Notes under the pieces: generated by a model | Databases searched by the model: none | What the model saw: only the letters and a program-made list of their open reading frames with translations | Told to the model about the DNA's origin: nothing | Shown here: piece after piece, positions 15,352 to 19,572 of the stretch | How the letters are laid out: each line of letters starts with the position of its first letter | How positions within the stretch are numbered: position 1 is the first letter of the stretch | Assembly: GCA_041611735.1 (NCBI GenBank) | Contig: JBFIML010000056.1 | Location: 1 to 19,572 of the forward strand | DNA from: Myxococcota bacterium | GTDB taxonomy: Bacteria; Myxococcota_A; UBA9160; PR03 | Length of the DNA stretch: 19,572 bases | Direction of reading: 5' to 3' | Made by a program: the position numbers and the translations under genes

Positions 15352-16179
15352 ATGAGGATCGGACGGATTCTGCTGGGAGACGGGGCGCCCCTCGTGCTGA
15401 TCTCGGGCTTGAACGTGATCGAGACCGAGGCAGCGACCTGCGAGGCGGCCCGGCGCGTGCGCGACATCGCAGTCCGCCATGGTCTGCCCGCGGTCTTCAA
15501 GGCCTCCTTCGACAAGGCCAATCGCTCGAGCCTGCGCTCCTTCCGTGGCCCCGGCCTCGACGCGGGTCTGCGCGTGCTGGCGCGCGTCAAGCGGGAGACC
15601 GGGCTGGCCGTCCTCACCGACGTCCACGAGCCCGGCCAGGCCAAGCCGGCGGCCGAGGTGGCGGACTGCCTGCAGGTGCCGGCCTTCCTGTGCCGGCAGA
15701 CCGATCTCATCGCCGCCTGCGCAGCCACCGGCAAGCCCGTCAACCTGAAGAAGGGGCAGTTCATGGCACCCCTCGACATGCGAAACGCTGTGGAGAAGGC
15801 GCGCGCCCTGGGGGCGAGCGGCGTGTTCGTGACCGAGCGCGGCACCACCTTCGGCTACAACAACCTGGTGGCCGACATGCGCGGCCTTGCCCAGATGCGG
15901 GCCTTCGCGCCGGTCTGCTTCGACGCGACCCACGCCGTCCAGCATCCGGGTGGGGCCGGGGACGCGTCCGCCGGGGATCGCACCTTCGTGGCCCCGCTGG
16001 CCCGCGCCGCGGCCGCCGTGGGGATCGACGCCCTCTTCGTGGAGGTGCACCCGGACCCGGATCGCGCGCCCTGCGACGGCCCGAGTCAGATCGACTTCGA
16101 CGCCCTGGATCGGCTCGTCGGGGAAGTGGTGGCCGTGGAGCGGTTGTTGGCGCCGCTGCGCACCCCGCCCTCGGCGTAG
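15352..16179 (+). CDS. kdsA: 3-deoxy-8-phosphooctulonate (KDO8P) synthase
   Basis: FKASFDKANRSS, FRGPG, TDVHE, QVPAFLCRQTDL, NLKKGQF, ERGTTFGYNNLV, FDATHAVQ, CDGP. Confidence 0.95.
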   Translation: MRIGRILLGDGAPLVLISGLNVIETEAATCEAARRVRDIAVRHGLPAVFKASFDKANRSSLRSFRGPGLDAGLRVLARVKRETGLAVLTDVHEPGQAKPAAEVADCLQVPAFLCRQTDLIAACAATGKPVNLKKGQFMAPLDMRNAVEKARALGASGVFVTERGTTFGYNNLVADMRGLAQMRAFAPVCFDATHAVQHPGGAGDASAGDRTFVAPLARAAAAVGIDALFVEVHPDPDRAPCDGPSQIDFDALDRLVGEVVAVERLLAPLRTPPSA

Positions 16180-16203
16180 CTTGGATCCGGCGGACGTTCT
16201 GTC

Positions 16204-17598
16204 GTGCTGAAGCGGCACAGCGAAGTCTTCCGTACCACGCTGCTGGCGACGGACCTCGGGCTGGTGGCCGTCTCGTGGCTGGCGGCCTGGGTGCTCCGCT
16301 TCCAGACGGGACTGCCGACTCCGCTGGGCGTGCCCGCCCCGGGCCCCTATTTCCTGCTGCTGGCCGGGATCGTCCCGCTCTGGTTCGCACTGTTCCGAGC
16401 CCACGGGCTCTACGAGCCGCGGCGCGTCGGTTCCCTGGCGGGCGAGGCGCTGACGGTCCTGCGCGCCACCAGCCTCGGCGTGCTGCTGCTGGGCGCCGCC
16501 ACGTTCTTCGTACGCCCCTACCCGTACTCCCGGGGCGTCCTCCTGCTGTTCTGGGCGCTCTCCTTCGCGTCGGTCGCCGGCTGCCGGCTCACGATCCGCA
16601 GCCTGCTGCGGGCGGCGCGTCGCCGCGGCTACAACCTGCGCCACGTCCTCGTGGTGGGAGGCGGTCGGGTCGCCGGCGAATTGATCGACCGCCTGCACGC
16701 CCGACCCGGGACCGGGGTGCGCGTGATCGGCGTCCTCACCGACGAAGGTTCGCCGCGCCGGGTACGGGGCGTGCGGGTGCTCGGGCCCTACGCCCGCCTC
16801 AAGGCGGTGCTGCGGGAGCACGAGGTCGACCAGGTGCTGCTCGCCCTGCCGCTTCACGAAGTGGATCGCCTGGAGAAGCTCCTCACGGAGCTCGACGACG
16901 AGGTCGCAACCGTGCGGCTGGTGCCGGATCTGTTGCACGTGCTCACGGTACGGAGCAGCGTCGAAGACCTGGACGGGCTGCCGGTCATCAGTCTGCGGCA
17001 GAGTCCGTTGGTGGGCTGGGCCGCCGTGGGCAAGCGGGCGTTCGACGCGGCGATTGCCTCGGGGTTGCTGCTCGGGATGGCTCCCGTCCTGGCCCTGATC
17101 TCCCTGGCCATCGCGGGGAGCGCCGGACGCCCGGTTTTCTATACCCAGGAGCGCATGGGCCTCGACGGCCGCGTGTTCCGCATGGTGAAGTTCCGCACCA
17201 TGGTGCCCGACGCGGAGCTCGAGACGGGCCCGGTCTGGGCGCGGCGCGGCGACCGCCGCAGCACGCGCCTGGGTCGCTGGCTGCGCCGTTACGGGCTCGA
17301 CGAGCTTCCCCAGCTGTGGAACGTGCTGCGCGGAGACATGAGCCTGGTCGGGCCGCGCCCCGAGCGACCGGTCTTCATCGAGCAGTTCCGCCGCGAGATC
17401 CCCGGCTACATGCGGCGGCATCAGGTGAAGGCCGGGATGACGGGATGGGCCCAGGTCCACGGCTGGCGGGGCGACACCTCCCTCCACGAGCGTCTGGAAC
17501 ACGACCTCTACTACGTGGAGAACTGGTCGCTCGGATTGGACGTGCGCGTCCTCGTCCTGACGTTGTGGCGCACGCTGACCCGGCGAGGCCTCGAGTGA
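16204..17598 (+). CDS. Undecaprenyl-phosphate sugar phosphotransferase (WcaJ-like priming glycosyltransferase)
   Basis: Four N-terminal hydrophobic segments, Rossmann-like VLVVGGG domain, KRAFD plus a TM segment, KFRTM, LDELPQLWNVLRGDMSLVGPRPERP, VKAGMTGWAQVHG, DLYYVENWS. Confidence 0.93.
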   Translation: MLKRHSEVFRTTLLATDLGLVAVSWLAAWVLRFQTGLPTPLGVPAPGPYFLLLAGIVPLWFALFRAHGLYEPRRVGSLAGEALTVLRATSLGVLLLGAATFFVRPYPYSRGVLLLFWALSFASVAGCRLTIRSLLRAARRRGYNLRHVLVVGGGRVAGELIDRLHARPGTGVRVIGVLTDEGSPRRVRGVRVLGPYARLKAVLREHEVDQVLLALPLHEVDRLEKLLTELDDEVATVRLVPDLLHVLTVRSSVEDLDGLPVISLRQSPLVGWAAVGKRAFDAAIASGLLLGMAPVLALISLAIAGSAGRPVFYTQERMGLDGRVFRMVKFRTMVPDAELETGPVWARRGDRRSTRLGRWLRRYGLDELPQLWNVLRGDMSLVGPRPERPVFIEQFRREIPGYMRRHQVKAGMTGWAQVHGWRGDTSLHERLEHDLYYVENWSLGLDVRVLVLTLWRTLTRRGLE

Positions 17599-17620
17599 CG
17601 CCGCTTCGGGCCAGGCGGCC

Positions 17621-18784
17621 ATGAAGATCGCGATCGATGCCGGACCGCTGGACCGGCCCGCCAGCGGGATCCATCGCTATACGCAGAGCCTGCTGGCGGC
17701 GCTGGCCCGGGTCGACGCCGAGAACGAGTACCTGCTGCTGGGCCTGCACCCAGGGTCCGACGCGGCAGGCTTCGGCGCCCGGTTCCACGAGCGGCGCTCC
17801 CGAGGACGCCTGCGGGCCCGGGCCGGCTTCGTCGCGTTTCGAGACGGCGCGGACCTGGTGCATGGCACGAACTACGTGGCCCCGTTCCGCGCCCGCATTC
17901 CCAGCGTCGTGACGGTGTTCGACCTGAGCGTCCGACTGCTGCCCGAGACCCATCCCCTGCGCCGTCGCCTCTGGCACCGGCTGCTTCCCGGCCTGTGGCG
18001 AAGGGCCTGCCGCCTGATCGCCGTCTCCGAGCACACGCGGCGCGATCTGGTCCGGTTCCACGGTCTGGAACCGGATCGCATCGAGGTGATCCCCCTGGCC
18101 GCGGCACCGCGCTTCCGGCCGGTCCTGGATCCGCAGGTTCGCGCGGAGTTGCGTCGACGCCACGAGCTCCCCGACGCCTTCGTGCTCTATGTGGGCGCCG
18201 TCGAACCCCGCAAGCAGGTGACGCGCCTGATCGAGGCCACGGCGAGGCTGCGTCGGGCGCAGCTGCGCTGGACCCTCGTGATCGCAGGGGACGGCTCGCC
18301 GGGCTACCGCGGCCGGGTCCGCGCGCGGTGCAAGGAGCTCGGCTTGATCGTGGGGTCCGACGTGATCTTCACGGGACGGGTTTCGGAGGAGGATCTGCCG
18401 GCCCTGTACAGCTCGGCCCAGGCCCTGGTGTATCCCTCGGTCCACGAAGGCTTCGGCCTTCCGCCGGTGGAGGCCATGGCGTGTGGGGTCCCGGTCGTGC
18501 TTCCGCGCAATTCCGCTCTCGCCGAGTTCTACGGCGACTGCAGCCTGATGGTCGAGGATGCGTCGGCGGATTCCCTGGCACGCGCGATCGTCAGCCTGGC
18601 CGAGCGCCCCGAGCTCCGGGCCCGGCTGACGGCCCGGGGGGCGCAACGCGCGCGCGCCCGGAGCTGGGAGGACGTGGCTCGGGAGACGCTCTCGGTCTAC
18701 GGACGGGTGGCCGCGGAAGGGGCCCGCGGGCGGCGCTTTGACCCGGCCGCGAGCCGGGGTCGCCTGATCGCACCAGAGTCGTGA
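17621..18784 (+). CDS. Glycosyltransferase family 4 (MtfB/WbdB-like)
   Basis: MKIAIDA, SGIHRY, VVTVFDL, IAVSEHT, LYVGAVEPRK, E-x7-E motif EGFGLPPVE(AMACG), SWEDVARET. Confidence 0.92.
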   Translation: MKIAIDAGPLDRPASGIHRYTQSLLAALARVDAENEYLLLGLHPGSDAAGFGARFHERRSRGRLRARAGFVAFRDGADLVHGTNYVAPFRARIPSVVTVFDLSVRLLPETHPLRRRLWHRLLPGLWRRACRLIAVSEHTRRDLVRFHGLEPDRIEVIPLAAAPRFRPVLDPQVRAELRRRHELPDAFVLYVGAVEPRKQVTRLIEATARLRRAQLRWTLVIAGDGSPGYRGRVRARCKELGLIVGSDVIFTGRVSEEDLPALYSSAQALVYPSVHEGFGLPPVEAMACGVPVVLPRNSALAEFYGDCSLMVEDASADSLARAIVSLAERPELRARLTARGAQRARARSWEDVARETLSVYGRVAAEGARGRRFDPAASRGRLIAPES

Positions 18785-18849
18785 TCCCCGTCGCATGTCC
18801 ACGGGCCGAGGGCTCGTTATCCTGGGTTTCCTGTTTGGACCGCGCTCTC

Positions 18850-19572
18850 ATGAAGATCGTTCTCGTTACGACGCAACTCGGTGACGCGTACCGACTCGGT
18901 ACGGAGCACTACGTGGAGAGCCTGGCCACCGCGTTGCAGCAGCGGGGGCACGAGATCCGCCTGCTGGTGGGCGATCCGCGCGGCGCGGCGCGCCACGCGC
19001 CCTTCGGAGTCCACCGGGGCCTCGAAGCCGGGTCGCCGGTCTTGGCCCATCCCAGCCGGGGTTGGATGGCGGTGCGAGGTGCCGCGGGCGGACGCGCACG
19101 CCGCTGGCTCGCGAGCGAGCGGCCGGACCTGGTGCACGTGGCGAACCCGGCGCAGCTGGGCGTCGGAATCCTGGACGCCTGCCGGAAGCTCGGAATTGCC
19201 ACGGTGGTGACGACCATGGATTTCTGGTGGAACTGCCCGCGCGGCACCCTGCTCCGTCGGGGCCTCGAGGTCTGCGGGGGAGCGCCCGGCTGGACCGAGT
19301 GCGTACGCTGCACCCTGGCGGATCATTCGCGAGCCGTCCTGCGACCGCTGGCCGCCGTTCCCGGTGCCGGGGCGGGCGTCGGGTGGATGGGTTTCGCGAT
19401 CGCCTCCGCGCTGCGCGGCGACGGGCTGGCCGAGCCCGTGCGCTGGATCCGCCGCCGCGCGGTCCTGCGCCGGGTCCTGGATCAGGCCGACCAGGTGATC
19501 TTCCCATCGCCCGCCACGCGGGACGTCCTCGAGCCGCTGCTCTCCCACGACCGCTGGCACCTGGTTCCCTAC
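18850..19572 (+). CDS. Glycosyltransferase family 4, N-terminal part (3'-truncated by window edge)
   Basis: Not in the ORF track because it has no stop in the window. Translation from ATG 18850: MKIVLVT..GTEHYVESLATALQQRGHEI..ERPDLVHV..VVTTMDFWWNCPRG..ADQVIFPS, typical of a GT4 N-terminal domain. Confidence 0.85.
   Translation, partial: MKIVLVTTQLGDAYRLGTEHYVESLATALQQRGHEIRLLVGDPRGAARHAPFGVHRGLEAGSPVLAHPSRGWMAVRGAAGGRARRWLASERPDLVHVANPAQLGVGILDACRKLGIATVVTTMDFWWNCPRGTLLRRGLEVCGGAPGWTECVRCTLADHSRAVLRPLAAVPGAGAGVGWMGFAIASALRGDGLAEPVRWIRRRAVLRRVLDQADQVIFPSPATRDVLEPLLSHDRWHLVPY

Noticed and set aside
14725-17624. Long alternative ORFs of 965 aa (-) and 935 aa (+), and similar ones at 2445-4628, 10004-12718 and 3881-5482
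   Set aside because: These are stop-poor shadow frames expected in very GC-rich coding DNA. They overlap well-supported genes and show no recognisable motifs.
1-19572. CRISPR array, tandem repeat array, retron or other defence/mobile system
   Set aside because: No regularly spaced repeats and no cas, reverse transcriptase, recombinase or toxin genes were seen. Nearly all sequence is explained by the listed genes.

Overview
Very GC-rich bacterial chromosomal segment. A Gram-negative deltaproteobacterial/Myxococcota-like host is my impression from gene style and content, not something demonstrated. Left to right: 5'-truncated Lon protease, OmpA/MotB-domain lipoprotein, MOFRL-type glycerate kinase, a small secreted hypothetical protein, a strong hairpin, a stand-alone DUF2090 (IolC C-terminal-like) aldolase (-), a flavin reductase, and a gap-pgk-tpiA-secG-tRNA-Leu(GAG) cluster (-). 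Divergent from gap is a translationally coupled acpS / penicillin-acylase-family / DinB-like trio, then a single-domain PilZ protein, a GpgS-like glycosyltransferase, kdsA, a WcaJ-like priming transferase and two GT4 glycosyltransferases (the last 3'-truncated). No mobile element, CRISPR array or defence system is visible. The most unusual observation is a full-length DinB-like protein that lacks the catalytic carboxylates but keeps a C-terminal QLDLF clamp-binding motif and has no imuA/dnaE2 neighbours. Its two operon partners also deviate at conserved active-site motifs. All family assignments are from motif recognition by eye; no searches were run.
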